Shown here in pieces: positions 50,266 through 62,142 of a stretch of 64,000 nt of DNA. The notes under the pieces were generated by a model, which was not told where the DNA came from, made no database searches, and saw only the letters and a program-made list of their open reading frames with translations. Source of the stretch: Curvularia clavata (Eukaryota); the NCBI GenBank assembly GCA_023920165.1, contig CP089274.1, positions 4,960,001 to 5,024,000 on the forward strand, read 5' to 3'. The position numbers were made by a program, and so were the translations under genes. Numbering within the stretch: position 1 is the stretch's first letter; every line of letters starts with the position of its first letter.

Positions 50266-50898
50266 TCATCCCAGAGCCTTGACCTTCTTTTTCTTCTTCT
50301 TACCACCTTCAGTATCAGGTTTCTTGCCCTGTTGAAAGTCGCGCCAGCTATTGATTCTTGTGTCCCTGGTCTTTTCCCAGGCCTCTTCTTGTTCTCTCTT
50401 ACGCTTGCGTTCCTTAGCCTCCTCCTCTTCTTTTCGTTGTGCTCTGCCCTCTTCGCGCATAGCCGCCTTCATCTGCCTCTGCTTCCGCATTTCATTGTCT
50501 CTGATCACCCAGATTGTTTTCTGCCTCCACTCCTTCGCAAACTCTTCGGTGCGCGTCTCCTCATCGTCGGCTGTGAGCTTCTTCTCGCGCATCAGCAGCA
50601 TGCGCGCATCGGCAATGTTTTCGTCTAGCTCGGCGCGCAGCTTCTCGTCGAGCAGCACCGTCTGGGCTTTCTTGAGGCGGTCAAAAGCATCGGGAGCAAG
50701 CTCGTTCTTAGTCTTGTCGGGATGGATGAGGAGAGACTTGGCGCGATAGACCTTTTTAATGTCGGATTCGGGGACACCGGGCTGGAGGTCGAGGACTGCG
50801 TAGGCATCAAGACTAAACACGCTGCGGATGCGATCAATCTCAGCGTCCTTGTCGAGTTCCTTGCCGATTCCTGCAAGCTCAGCGTCGATGTCGGCCAT
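50266..50898 (-). CDS. spf31: J-domain co-chaperone (Spf31/DNAJC8-like)
   Basis: DAYAVLDLQPG...YRAKSLLIHPDK J-domain; WEKTRDTRINSWRDF and a basic C-terminal tail. Confidence 0.88.
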   Translation of the reverse strand: MADIDAELAGIGKELDKDAEIDRIRSVFSLDAYAVLDLQPGVPESDIKKVYRAKSLLIHPDKTKNELAPDAFDRLKKAQTVLLDEKLRAELDENIADARMLLMREKKLTADDEETRTEEFAKEWRQKTIWVIRDNEMRKQRQMKAAMREEGRAQRKEEEEAKERKRKREQEEAWEKTRDTRINSWRDFQQGKKPDTEGGKKKKKKVKALG

Positions 50899-51227
50899 GT
50901 TGAGGTAAATGCACTGGTGAGATTGACCACAGATTTACAGTCAAAGACAATCTGTCCGTCAGGTCGAATATTAGTGATAGATTAAGTGTGAGCGCGGGGG
51001 TATCCGCAGTGTTTGCCCTCCTGTATCGAACGACGGCGGCAAAGTGAAAGTGGAATGAAACGGAAGTGGAGGGAAAGCAAATGGCAAAGGTCAAGTCGCG
51101 ATGCCTAGCCCTAGGAATCCCCGCGGCGAAGCGCACAGACCACTTCATGCTCCACCAAAAAGTTCTCTTGAGATGCGACGCGAAAGTCTCAGCACCCAAT
51201 CGCCTCAAGGACGGACCAAGCAGCACA

Positions 51228-53727
51228 ATGGTTGCACCTGGGATCACCGGTCGCACGAGACCGACCAAGGTCAAGAAGCGCGAGAATGTCCAAAAACGGA
51301 AACGCGACGATGTTGATGTGGAGAAACTGGAGCAGGCGGTTCAGGACCTGGTAGGCTTGCGAAGACGTCGAGGTTCGGCACAACGCACGAGGCTGACTGG
51401 AGATACAGGACCCCAAGACAGGATCCTACAAAGACTTTACCGATCTACCACTCTCCGACCCGACCAAACAAGGCCTTAAGTCGTCGCATTTCGCAGTCAT
51501 GACTGACATTCAGGCCAAAGCTGTTCCGCTTGCGCTCAAGGGCCACGATATCCTCGGTGCTGCAAAGACGGGAAGCGGAAAGACTCTTTCTTTCATCATC
51601 CCTGTTCTGGAGAACCTCTACCGGTTGCAGCATGTCGGGCCAGATGCAGGTTTGGGCGCTCTCATTCTATCCCCGACGCGAGAACTCGCCATCCAGATAT
51701 TCGATGTGCTGCGCAAGATAGGAAGACATGGTCATATGTTTGCTGCGGGTTTGCTCATTGGAGGCAAGAGCTTGCAGGCTGAAAGAGAGGCTTTGACGAA
51801 GATGAACATACTGGTCGCAACCCCGGGACGAATGCTGCAACATCTGTCTCAAACAGCCGCCTTCAACGTTGACGACCTGAAAATGCTGGTACTAGACGAG
51901 GCAGACAGAATTCTCGATATGGGGTTTCAACGAGATGTGGACGCAATCATCGAATATCTGCCAAAGGAGAGACAAACACTGCTTTTCTCTGCTACCCAAT
52001 CTAAGAAGGTGTCGGATCTTGCGCGCTTGAGTCTCCAGGACCCTGAATATGTTTCAGTACACGCCGAGGATAAGACCGCAACACCAAAGGGGCTAACTCA
52101 GAACTACATCGTCTGTCCTCTCGAAGAGAAGCTCGACACCTTGTGGAGTTTCATTCAGGCAAGCAAGAAGTCAAAGATTCTCTGCTTCTTTTCATCAGCC
52201 AAAACCGTTCGGTTCGTCTATGAATCGTTTCGTCATATGCAGCCCGGTATACCGCTCTTACATATTCACGGCCGCCAGAAGCAAGGCGCTCGCCTCGACA
52301 CGACCGCTAAATTCTCCTCGGCCAAATACTCATGTCTCTTTGCGACCGATGTTGCAGCTCGAGGTTTGGATTTCCCCGCGGTGGATTTTGTCATACAGGT
52401 CGACTGCCCTGATGATGTGGATACATACATTCACCGTGTTGGTCGAACAGCGCGGTATAACCGAGAAGGACGGGGTGTGCTTTTCTTAGCACCGAGTGAA
52501 GAGGAGGGTATGCTCAAGCGCCTCGAAGCCAAGAAAGTACCTATCGAGATGATCAATGTACGACAAAAGAAGCGCCAGTCAATCAAGGATCAGCTACAGA
52601 ACATGTGTTTCCAAGACCCAGCCTTGAAGTATCTGGGACAGAAGGCTTTCATGACACATGTCAAGTCCATCTTCCTACAGAAAGACAAGGAAGTTTTTAA
52701 GCTGAAGGAGTACAATCTGGAAGCATACGCGGCAAGCTTGGGTCTTCCGGGAACGCCTAGGATCAAGTTCTTAAAGGATGATGACAGCAAGCAGAAGAAA
52801 CAGGCATCAAGGCAGACAATCGAAGTTTCAGATTCTTCAGACGAGGAAGAGACTGCAAAGACCGCCAAGCCCGTGCGAACTAAATACGATCGTATGTTCG
52901 AGAGGAAGAACCAAGATGTTCTGGCAGAGCATTATCAGAAGCTCGTCAGAGATGACGACGAAGAAGATGCGCAGGCAGACGATTTTAGTGGAGCTGGTGC
53001 GGCGACCAATGCAGGTGACGACGATTTTATGGCCGTAAAGCGACGAATTCCAGCCGACGACGAACCGGAGGACCTCGACATGGATAAGGATCCATTGGTA
53101 CCTACTGGTGGCCGCGTTGTTCACATCGCCGGCGCGTCCCAGCCCATTGTCATCGACAGCCACCGTCGCGAGAAACTTCTTCAGTCTAAGAAGAAGCTCA
53201 CCAAACTCATGGACAAGGGCAAGAAACTCGTTTACGATGATGAAGGCAACCCGCATGAGGTCTACGAGCTCGAAGATGAAGAGCAATTCCGCGCCAAGGG
53301 CTTACCAGAAGAGCAGCGACAGAGGTTCATCGAAGCAGCACGAGAGGAAGTTCAAAACGCTGATGTGGAGGACAAGGCAACTGCCAAGGCTAAAAGGAAA
53401 GAGAAGTTGCGAAAACGCAAGGAGAGAGAGAGGGCCGAGATGGCTATGGAAGACGATGCCAGCGATGCAGGCGTGGTGCTTCCAGATACTGGTGAAGACC
53501 CATTGGCAAACTTCAGAGCAGATGCAGAGTACACTGATGAAGACAACGATGCGTCAGAAGAGGAACGCGATGAGCCGCCTAAGAAGCAGAAGAAGTGGTT
53601 CCAGTCGGACTCTGAAGACGAAGAAAAGGTTGCGAAGAAGAGGAAGAAGGCCAAGGCCGCGCACAGAGTGGAGGAGCTCGAGACGTTGGAGGATATGGAG
53701 GCGCTTGCAGCTGGCTTGTTGAATTAA
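51228..53727 (+). CDS. DBP4: DEAD-box RNA helicase for 40S/SSU processome biogenesis; intron 51351-51408
   Basis: [57 protein letters not shown] and [16 protein letters not shown]. Confidence 0.96.
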
Positions 53728-54506
53728 ATTCGTGGGTTTATCTTCGCATAGTAATTGTTCCAAAATACCATCAGACATTCTGCCAATCCCTTGTTTAGTA
53801 ATTTCTCTATCTTGATTCTCAAACCAGACGAGGCTGCACCAGATCACGACTAGGATTATCATTACAACCTGTGAAGAAAATAAGACCACCACATACAACG
53901 ACGTCTAGAAACGTGCTTGATAATTTGAGCCGCCGGCTGAAGTGCCCCTGTTCATGCCATGATGAACCATCCGAGTTGGGGTATAGCGTTCAACTGCAAT
54001 ATAGGCTTACCGAAATATTGGGTACTCTGCTGGGAACAGCCGTACCACGTTGTCGGGTAGGTACAGGCTCTACATGCAAGCGGCTACCCCCACTCCTATC
54101 GTATATGCGAGAATCTCATATGGCTATATGTACTCGGAAAACCCGGTCAGCCTGCAGTGTATTTTGGGATTTCTGCTCAACATGTCTGTCGGATGTAGCC
54201 CATAGGCTATTTGGGATAGATGAACGAGGTACATTCGAACACTATGCTAAGCTCGAGAATCTGGTGAAATAATGTCGATTGATTGTCGGGGTGGTGATGA
54301 TATCCGGGGACCTGGGTAGCCAGAAGAAGAGACGAAAAGTTAAAATAAGGACGATTTCCCCTTCAATGTTACATTAAAACGATCGTGTAGAAGTGCTGAG
54401 GGCAGAGAAGAAAGACATAGAAGTACCTATCACACTATTCTTTGATCAAATCGAGAGGGTTCCTGTATCGAACAAATCAAGTCACCAAACCACCACTACA
54501 TCAACG

Positions 54507-55007
54507 ATGCATATTACCAGCAAGACCAACGCGATTATCGCTCTATCCCTCGCTAGTGTCGCCAGCACCACACCTCTCCCCCTCACAGCCCGCACCACGA
54601 TCCTCAGCTCCTCTCGTAACATCTATCTTACAACATGTACCACACGCTCCCTCACTAGCGACGCTACCTCATCGTCCGCAATCCTCTACTCTGGCACTCC
54701 TGCCAACACTGCCCCCGTAGCCATTGGCACTGTCTCTTCCGCACGTGCAATCCAATGGGCGGGCTTCACGCGCCGTGTCACACTCGATGGGACAGGCGTT
54801 TTTGAAAGCCGAATCGATAGGGGCGCTGATGCGTTCCCCAAAAGTGAGCTTTCAGGCGGTGCAACACTAGAGTCAAGTTCAGGTTCAAAAGAGGAGTTTG
54901 TGTGCTTTAGAGATGGGGAGACGACGTTTAGGTTTGTAGGGGGGATATTAGGGGAAGAGACGACGGTTTGTAAGACGGAGTTTTGGTGTGCGAGTTTAGA
55001 GGTGTAG
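54507..55007 (+). CDS. Small secreted protein, 166 aa, 4 Cys, unknown function
   Basis: Signal-peptide-like MHITSKTNAIIALSLASVASTTP; C-terminal FVCFRDG...CKTEFWC; single exon. Confidence 0.75.
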   Translation: MHITSKTNAIIALSLASVASTTPLPLTARTTILSSSRNIYLTTCTTRSLTSDATSSSAILYSGTPANTAPVAIGTVSSARAIQWAGFTRRVTLDGTGVFESRIDRGADAFPKSELSGGATLESSSGSKEEFVCFRDGETTFRFVGGILGEETTVCKTEFWCASLEV

Positions 55008-55971
55008 GGTACTGCAGCGCGAATGGATTGGATGCAGATGTTGGTAGTGATTTTGAGCAGTGATCTGGCTTCGTATGTTTTCAGGAGCGCAATTGGATCC
55101 GTCTAACGCTTAGGGCTTCTCCTGATAGAAACATCTTATTTGTTTTTGAGATGATATACAAGTAGCAAAGGCCATGAAACCAAGAATCGGAACAAGATGA
55201 AGAATACGTGAACTCTTGATTACGCATTATACATCATGTTGTTTTGCCTTCTGATATGTCAACTGTAAAGCATAAATGCTGAGAACGGCGTCTTGGTATT
55301 CATATGATAATTCACTGTAGCTGACCCAACACGACTCAACCAGCCGGGTATGCTACCTTTTCCGCTTCTTGAATGACCTCGATTCTACTGTCGTACTCAG
55401 CAATGTGAGATTCTCGGAAAAGATTCGTCCTCGGAATGGTGCTTGGCGCTCACTGACTCGCGCCGGCCTTGGTATCAGCACGTTCCGTCCATCTCAATAT
55501 GCATCAAGGGTTCTCTAGCATGGCTGTCCTGTCAGCACCCAATAATCAATTTTTTTTTAGGTCAGCTAGGGTACGATGGCACTAGATTTCGCTGACGGTT
55601 GGAGATGCATGGCGGTATACAGCTTACGAGCGCCTTCGTCTACACCAAAAGCTGACCGTTTTTGACATAATCGTTCGACAGCGAACGATGAGGCGAGGCT
55701 CGAGCTTGGAAAAACGGCAAAGTTAAGGCGAGACAAGAAATATTGCCGCGACCTTACCAGGCTTGATGGCACTAGTAACAGGTGCATTAACCGTTCTCAG
55801 GCGAGCCCCTCTGGTGCTGTTCTCCTGACTCCACATTCCAACGGCCACCACCAAAGTTTCCTCGCACCGCAGTTCGTGCAACATCTGCAATACGTTTGCG
55901 GCCAAGATATTCCGCACTGGCGTAGTCCCATCATCACGTAAGTCTTGGAAGGTAGACGGTTCAATAAAGTA

Positions 55972-55979
55972 CCTCCAAT
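55972..55979 (+). promoter_or_regulatory. Candidate galacturonic-acid-responsive element (CCNCCAA) upstream of GH105
   Basis: CCTCCAAT lies about 340 bp upstream of a pectin-active GH105 gene; a TATATAAG box is near 56198. Short motif. Confidence 0.35.
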
Positions 55980-56318
55980 CACCAGTTTCTCCACTGCCAA
56001 GCTCTATACCCACCTGCCATTTCCCGAATAGTACATGATGGACAAAGCTCAACGCGCGGAGATTCTTCAAGTACCCATTCACGCCGGACGGTGCAGCATC
56101 CCCGGGCGGGACCCGCATAGATTAATTTAACAGTGAGCGCTTTCGGGTCGGATACCAAGAAAAGGATGCAAATCTACTACGATAGCGATGCATCTCGTAT
56201 ATAAGGGCGTGTTAGCACAAAGCGAGGCCAGATACCCACGGGTGCTCCCTCTTGCTTCACCAAGGTCCACAGCTTCGTTTCAATACCCTTGACCTGTCAG
56301 AAGCACCGTCTCGCAACC

Positions 56319-57467
56319 ATGTATATCCCATCCTTGTCCTTGACGCTGGCTGGCAGCGCTGCTATTGGCACTCACAAGCCATGGTCTACATGGATGGCTT
56401 CGTCATTTTTGTCAAAGAGCCAGCCACTTGACAACCACTACGTCGCCTCGGTCATCCACGAAGGCATCCAGAAGGCCGCAACCACACAAAATGACCGCGC
56501 CCTTCTCAAGTATGTCTCTGACTCGGTATCGAGCCTCGTCTCATCCGATGGTGTCATCAAGGGCTGGAATTCTACATTCTATTCCCTTGACGATATCCGC
56601 ATTGGAAACAACATCCTGTACTTCTGGAACTCAGAGGGCCGCAAGAACACCAAGTACGTTACCGCCGCAAAAGGCTTGCGTGAACAGCTCAACCGATGGC
56701 CACGCACTCCTGACGGCGGATTCTGGCATCGTGCGCCTACCTACGCGAACCAGATGTGGCTAGACGGCATCTACATGGCCGATACCTTTTACGCCACCTA
56801 CACATCGTACTTTGAGCCTCAAAACATCACCGCGTGGAACGACATTGAGCTCCAATTCGACCTCATTGAAAAGCACTGCCGCAACCACACCACCAACCTT
56901 CTCTACCACGGCTTCAGCGAAGACAAGTCGACTGTCTGGGCGGACCCGGAGACTGGTGCCTCTCCTTACGTCTGGGACCGTGCCCTGGGATGGTACTTCG
57001 TCGCTCTTGTCGAGGTCCTGGAAGTCTGGCCCAAGACACACGCCGGCTATGCCAAGCTCCTCAACTACTACAAGACGCTCGCTGCCGGTATCAAGAACGT
57101 GCAAGACAGCAAGGGTGGATGGTACCTCCTTATGGACCCGGAGCTTGCTGGAAGGGAGGGCAACTACATCGAGTCGAGTGCAACTGCCATGTTCACTTAC
57201 TCGTACATGAAGGGCGTCAGGCTGGGCCTTTTGGACAAGAGCTACCAGAAGCCAGCGACCAAGGCCTGGAATCTGCTGACGAACAACTTTATTCAGTATG
57301 AGAAGAATGGCACTTTAAGCTTCACGGGTACCGTGACTGTGGGAAGCTTGAAGGGTGATGCTTCGTACGAATACTACACTGGCGTTGAGACGCTGGTCAA
57401 TGATGGCAAGGGTGCTGGTGCGTTCATGTACGCTGCTACTGAGATGGAGAAGGCCAAGCTGGCATAA
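56319..57467 (+). CDS. Secreted GH105 unsaturated rhamnogalacturonyl/glucuronyl hydrolase (YteR-like)
   Basis: YSLDDIRIG, RTPDGGFWH, QMWLDGIYM, LLYHG, WDRALGW and NYIESSATAMF; signal peptide; intronless. Confidence 0.93.
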   Translation: MYIPSLSLTLAGSAAIGTHKPWSTWMASSFLSKSQPLDNHYVASVIHEGIQKAATTQNDRALLKYVSDSVSSLVSSDGVIKGWNSTFYSLDDIRIGNNILYFWNSEGRKNTKYVTAAKGLREQLNRWPRTPDGGFWHRAPTYANQMWLDGIYMADTFYATYTSYFEPQNITAWNDIELQFDLIEKHCRNHTTNLLYHGFSEDKSTVWADPETGASPYVWDRALGWYFVALVEVLEVWPKTHAGYAKLLNYYKTLAAGIKNVQDSKGGWYLLMDPELAGREGNYIESSATAMFTYSYMKGVRLGLLDKSYQKPATKAWNLLTNNFIQYEKNGTLSFTGTVTVGSLKGDASYEYYTGVETLVNDGKGAGAFMYAATEMEKAKLA

Positions 57468-58125
57468 ATTCGCGACGTTTCGCACACTATTGTAAATATT
57501 TTGCTACTTTGTAGTAACTGTACATATTAACCACAGGGAACACGTTTTTCCTGTTTTTCCTATTTGGTCTTTGCTGCTGACGCATTCCCTTTCGCCAAGC
57601 TTCTCTCTATTCCCCTACCCATCGCCAAGCAGCACCACCATACGAGTTCACAAGATCTCATCAACAATGTTATTTGCATAAGGACATGCCCTCCACCGCC
57701 GCATTCCACAAATCCCTCCTTTTCCGCAGCCATACCAGCCGATCGCAATTCATGACCTCCGCCGGGCGTCCGTCATACCATTCCAAAAATAGCATAAGAA
57801 TACGTACGGAAAACTCGCCGAGTGGGGCGCACACCAGCCACTTGCCTCCCCCAGCAACGTACCAGCACCACCCAGCCTCATGTCACACCAGCTGAGCGCA
57901 GATGCTGAACAGGGCGAATGGCGGAGGTAGAAGCTTCTCGTGACGTGACGTGGGCCAGCGTGAGAATGAAAATTATTTAATCAACTAGCTGATCCCTTGT
58001 TTACTTTCGTAAACATCTACTCTCTCTCCATCCACATAACACAACACATATAAAAAGGCCATTTCATCGTTCATTCTTCTACATTCCACTGGTAGCTTCA
58101 TAACAACACCACCAATAACAACAAC

Positions 58126-58596
58126 ATGTCGCTCACCTCTGCTTCCGCCTCTCCCTCTCCCTCCGCCAGCGCAAACACCTGCTCCCAAGCCGACTTCACC
58201 CACTTCCCAACCACCGACGCCGCCTGCGCCATAACCAGCACATCAGGCATCCCCAGCAATACCTCGTCTATCCTCTCTTCATGCTGCAAGTCTGCGCCGG
58301 TGGAGGAATTCAACAGCGGTAGCTGCGGATACTACTGTCTGAGCGTAGAGCAGAGCGTGCGCGACCTGCAGACGTGCTTTATGGAAAAGGGCGCCAGGCC
58401 AGCGGATATACAATGTAATGCGAATAACACGGCGACGGCGACGGGGAAGCCGTCGGGTAGTGCGAGTAAGACGGGGAGTGCGGATGGGGCGAAGGAGACT
58501 GGAGCTAAAGGTGCGGCGAGTAGGGGGATGAGTAAGATGGGGCTGGGAATGTTGGGCGTAGTGGTGGTTTCGGTGGTGATGGGAGCGGTGGTGTAA
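58126..58596 (+). CDS. Small 8-Cys protein with Ser/Thr/Gly linker and hydrophobic C-terminus (GPI-like or tail anchor)
   Basis: 156-aa ORF with a good start context (ACAACATG) and a TATAAAA box about 75 bp upstream; ends MGLGMLGVVVVSVVMGAVV. Confidence 0.8.
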   Translation: MSLTSASASPSPSASANTCSQADFTHFPTTDAACAITSTSGIPSNTSSILSSCCKSAPVEEFNSGSCGYYCLSVEQSVRDLQTCFMEKGARPADIQCNANNTATATGKPSGSASKTGSADGAKETGAKGAASRGMSKMGLGMLGVVVVSVVMGAVV

Positions 58597-59051
58597 GAGT
58601 TGAGGATGGATGATGGAGGACGTCGCGGGATGGGTGTGCTGAGAAGGGGGTTTTCTGGTTTTATGAGCGGGTTACTTCATGACAGCTTCATTGTTATATA
58701 ATTTTCTAAACAAAATTCATGAACGATACTACGAGTCTTCTTGCCACGTCTTTAGTGCCATTTTTCTTGTGGCGCTTAGAAGTTGGAATGTCCAAATGCG
58801 CGTTTCATCGCAACTGAGCGTCGACAGATGCGTCTGAGTTCTGAATAAATTTCCATCTTGAACAGCTTTTGCGTATGTGAGAAGATTCTGCCTGCTGGTT
58901 TGACCGGTCCGACAATAGATTCTGACAGTCATAACTAAGGATTTGAGGACGTCTGTAATAAGAACCTACCCTTGTAATACTAGCTATGACATGGGCTTAC
59001 TGGTATCTATTCCTCGAGCACTGGGCGAAGGACTTAGGCGCTGGGTTCGAA

Positions 59052-59310
59052 ATGCGTTTACGCGCCGCTATTTCGCTCTTCAAGTCCGTGGCATTCACAG
59101 TTGCCATAACACAGACCACACACGATTATATCGTCGTCGGAGGGGACGCAACAGGCCTCGTCCTTGCTAATGTATTTCCCAAGATGAGGATAGTAAGTCC
59201 AGCATCAGTCTCAGTATTATCTTCTTACCTACCTCTGCTAAGAAGGCACGTCAGCTCACTGAGCCGACCTTTACACATCCGAGCGAAGTTGATTCTTGTC
59301 CCTTTCGCGA
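59052..59310 (+). pseudogene. Decayed 5' relic of a secreted GMC oxidoreductase
   Basis: Leader plus HDYIVVGGDATGLVLAN (damaged GxGxxG FAD motif). A 1-nt frameshift restores (R)ISQDED. It is followed by an intron-like GTAAGT at 59193, stop codons and an ILVPF remnant, with no downstream long ORF. Confidence 0.6.
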
Positions 59311-62142
59311 CACTCTAATGCACAGTCAAGCCTCATTACCTCACTTCAAGCCATACTCTTCCGTTCGAATATAAGCGAGGAGACAAAAGTCGAGCAGCAC
59401 TAATTGAGAATGCCTCGACAAACAAGTGCACGAGCCAGTCAATGAGTCATTCAAAAAACGAATCTCCGGATACTAAAGTTGTGCATTGACTGCGCCCGAT
59501 TTACTTTTGAAAAAGTACGGGGAAAAGGGTGTGGGGTGCAGTAGTTCTTCTTCCTGCAGATCCGCGAGAGTGGTCTCACGTGGATGTGCGAGATGATCTG
59601 TGTATCGAATGACATCGAGTACACAATCGTGCCACCCCTGATCAACACTGCACAAATTGCATGTCCTAAGCGGTGGCTGTAAACAAATGAAGATGTGATA
59701 GTGACTAAACGGACCCAAGGCTCATCATCATCTTACGGATGGGCAAGGCAATTGGTGAGCTTTCTCCTCGCTCCGTCGGTGGCGTTGGAATCAGGCCAGC
59801 CTGCTCTCCCCGTCGAACATCTCTGGTGTGAAGGATTGCTCGTCACGTCAGCACATGCATGTCATTCGCTGTCAGAGCTCAGGCCAGACACGAGAAGCGG
59901 GAAGCAGTTCAGCCACCTCAAAAGGTACGTGCGAGCCCTAGGGCGTTTGTTTACAGTCGGCAGTTGTGTGTCTGAATCGAGTCCATCGCGAGGCGAGCAC
60001 ACTTTGACGCTTTTATGAGCTGAGATCGGAATATACGTTTAGCGTAGGACTAACAAGGTTGCGGAAGAAGATGGTAGCGCGATCGGGCTGGATGGTGCTG
60101 ATCAGGGCGAGAGGAGATGAAATACTGCTATTTCCACTCTTTTGTATAAACGACGGGACATACCCTGTCGGAAGCCTAACAGTCTTTGATAGTAAGGCGA
60201 TAGGTTTTCTTGGCTGAAAGCTGGAGGTTGTTTCGTTGGCTGGTGTATTGCGATGCTTTATTCGACAGAAAATGTAATATGGTTCGTGCTATGATCCCGA
60301 TGGGCCCCGATACACGGCACTGGATCCATGCTTTTGAAGAACCGATAACATGCCGAGAGAAAGGAGATATTGAATGACATGACCACTTAACGGGCATCCA
60401 ATTAGATGCGACATCGAGATATAGAAGTGGAAGAGAAGTTTCGTCATCCAGCAGCTGAGGTTAGCTGGCTGGATTCCCTGGGCGCACCCCACTTGCCAGG
60501 GCCCAGGCCACGTTGAGTGAGACATGAGAAGACGTTAGTTTGTTGTTGTTGCTGCTTTCACTGTTATGAGTGATGATGTTTGGTAGCGTAGGCTTGAGGG
60601 CTGAAAGCAACCTCCAATGAGGCACTGCAACGATGATTCCCATGCGAACGCGATGCGTGCATGCAGGCCATTGGAAGAAACGGGCCTATGTGATAAAGGA
60701 TCAGTAGCCTTTTGACGGTTCAGGTGGATAACGGCTGGCTGACCCAGCGGACCCAGAGGCCGATCCCAAGGGACAGGGCAGTATGGGCCGCGGGGAGGGT
60801 CTGAGTGGAGTGAGAAAGACTGGGAAGAGCATGGCAGGTTGAGACGAATGGGGACCGGAACCAGGACCAGGGTTTTTGTTCAAGCATTTTGGTTGAGTGT
60901 GCTGCGCGGGTCCAGCTTACGTGCATCCTTCAGCGGGAGTGGATAGCTATCCGCCGTGCCCGAGTAGGCATACCTAGACTTTGACAGCTGCCGCAAGAGG
61001 AATGGCGTGCGTGGCGGCACCAGCAACGGTAAAGTTTCAAAGGTGGACTACACGAGTACCACCAAGTACCTTGTCGTTAATTTCATCGGGGTGGTAATAA
61101 GACGACGACTGTCAGAGGGGCGAAGTAGTGGCGGGTACCAGGAAGAGTTAAGATTTTTCACGGCGAGTAGGTGTTGGAGGCGTGGATGAAGAGGCGATGA
61201 GGACCGCCACGAGAGAGGGGATACGGGCCATTGACGCCGTCGACAATGCCGCACCCGCATGGCAGCGCGTGTAGGGATGGGGTCATCACGTTGCGATGGG
61301 ATGCGGTGAGGTTATTCGCTCGTGGGGCGGCCGGGTGTCTGGGATGGCCGATGGGCTTGGCGGCCGATCCGAGCAGCGCTTGGCCGCAACGGGAAAGGAC
61401 TAGAGACGGGACCCTTTGGGCCTTCAACGACGACACGCGACAGGCGCGTGGGGGAAGAGGGAGCAGGCCATTTTTGCAGAGCAGCAGCAACGGCTTGTCA
61501 GCTTGCGGCACTCTAGATGACGCCGTCGGTCACCCAAAGTATCGGCTCATATGGGCATGCCCAAATCACGTCGAATAGCGGCGACGTGCACAGACGCCAG
61601 GCCTTGGGTGCTTTACAGGTGTCCCCGGCTTCTGCGTGGCGATTGGCCAGGCGCTCATTGTGCCTCTCAGCCACTGATGAGCCGCAGCACGAAGATGCCT
61701 GGACCTAGACAGGGCCGCTCCACCCTCAGCTCACGATTGCTTGCTCGCTTCTCCACAGTAGTCCAAAGTACCAGCAAGTCACGGCGCGCGCTGGCCTGGC
61801 AGGCTGTGTCGACTGCACCGGGACCCCTGCGGGCCAATCCGACACCAGTCCAAGCACCCGCAACGGAGCTGCCGTTGGCGCCTACCAATAGAGCAGCTTA
61901 CACGAACTTTTTCTGTGTATCCGAGTACCATGCCCCCCCTCGCCTCGCCAGTGATGGCGAGTTCCACACGGAGTCGAGTCTGCGTGCACGGCCAAGTCGT
62001 GCCAGAGGGTTATATTCCTGTCCATTCCCAGTCCCGTGCATCTTGGACGCTGATGACGCTCGATCCTCAGTCTGACCCCATTATCATCGAGTTCAAGTAC
62101 GTCTACGCCGTTTGTTGAAACATTGTTTGCCTGCCGCACGCC

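Noticed and set aside
56319..57467. Intronless GH105 as a recent bacterial transfer
   Set aside because: GH105 is common in filamentous ascomycetes. The gene has a signal peptide, a TATA box and host-like composition.
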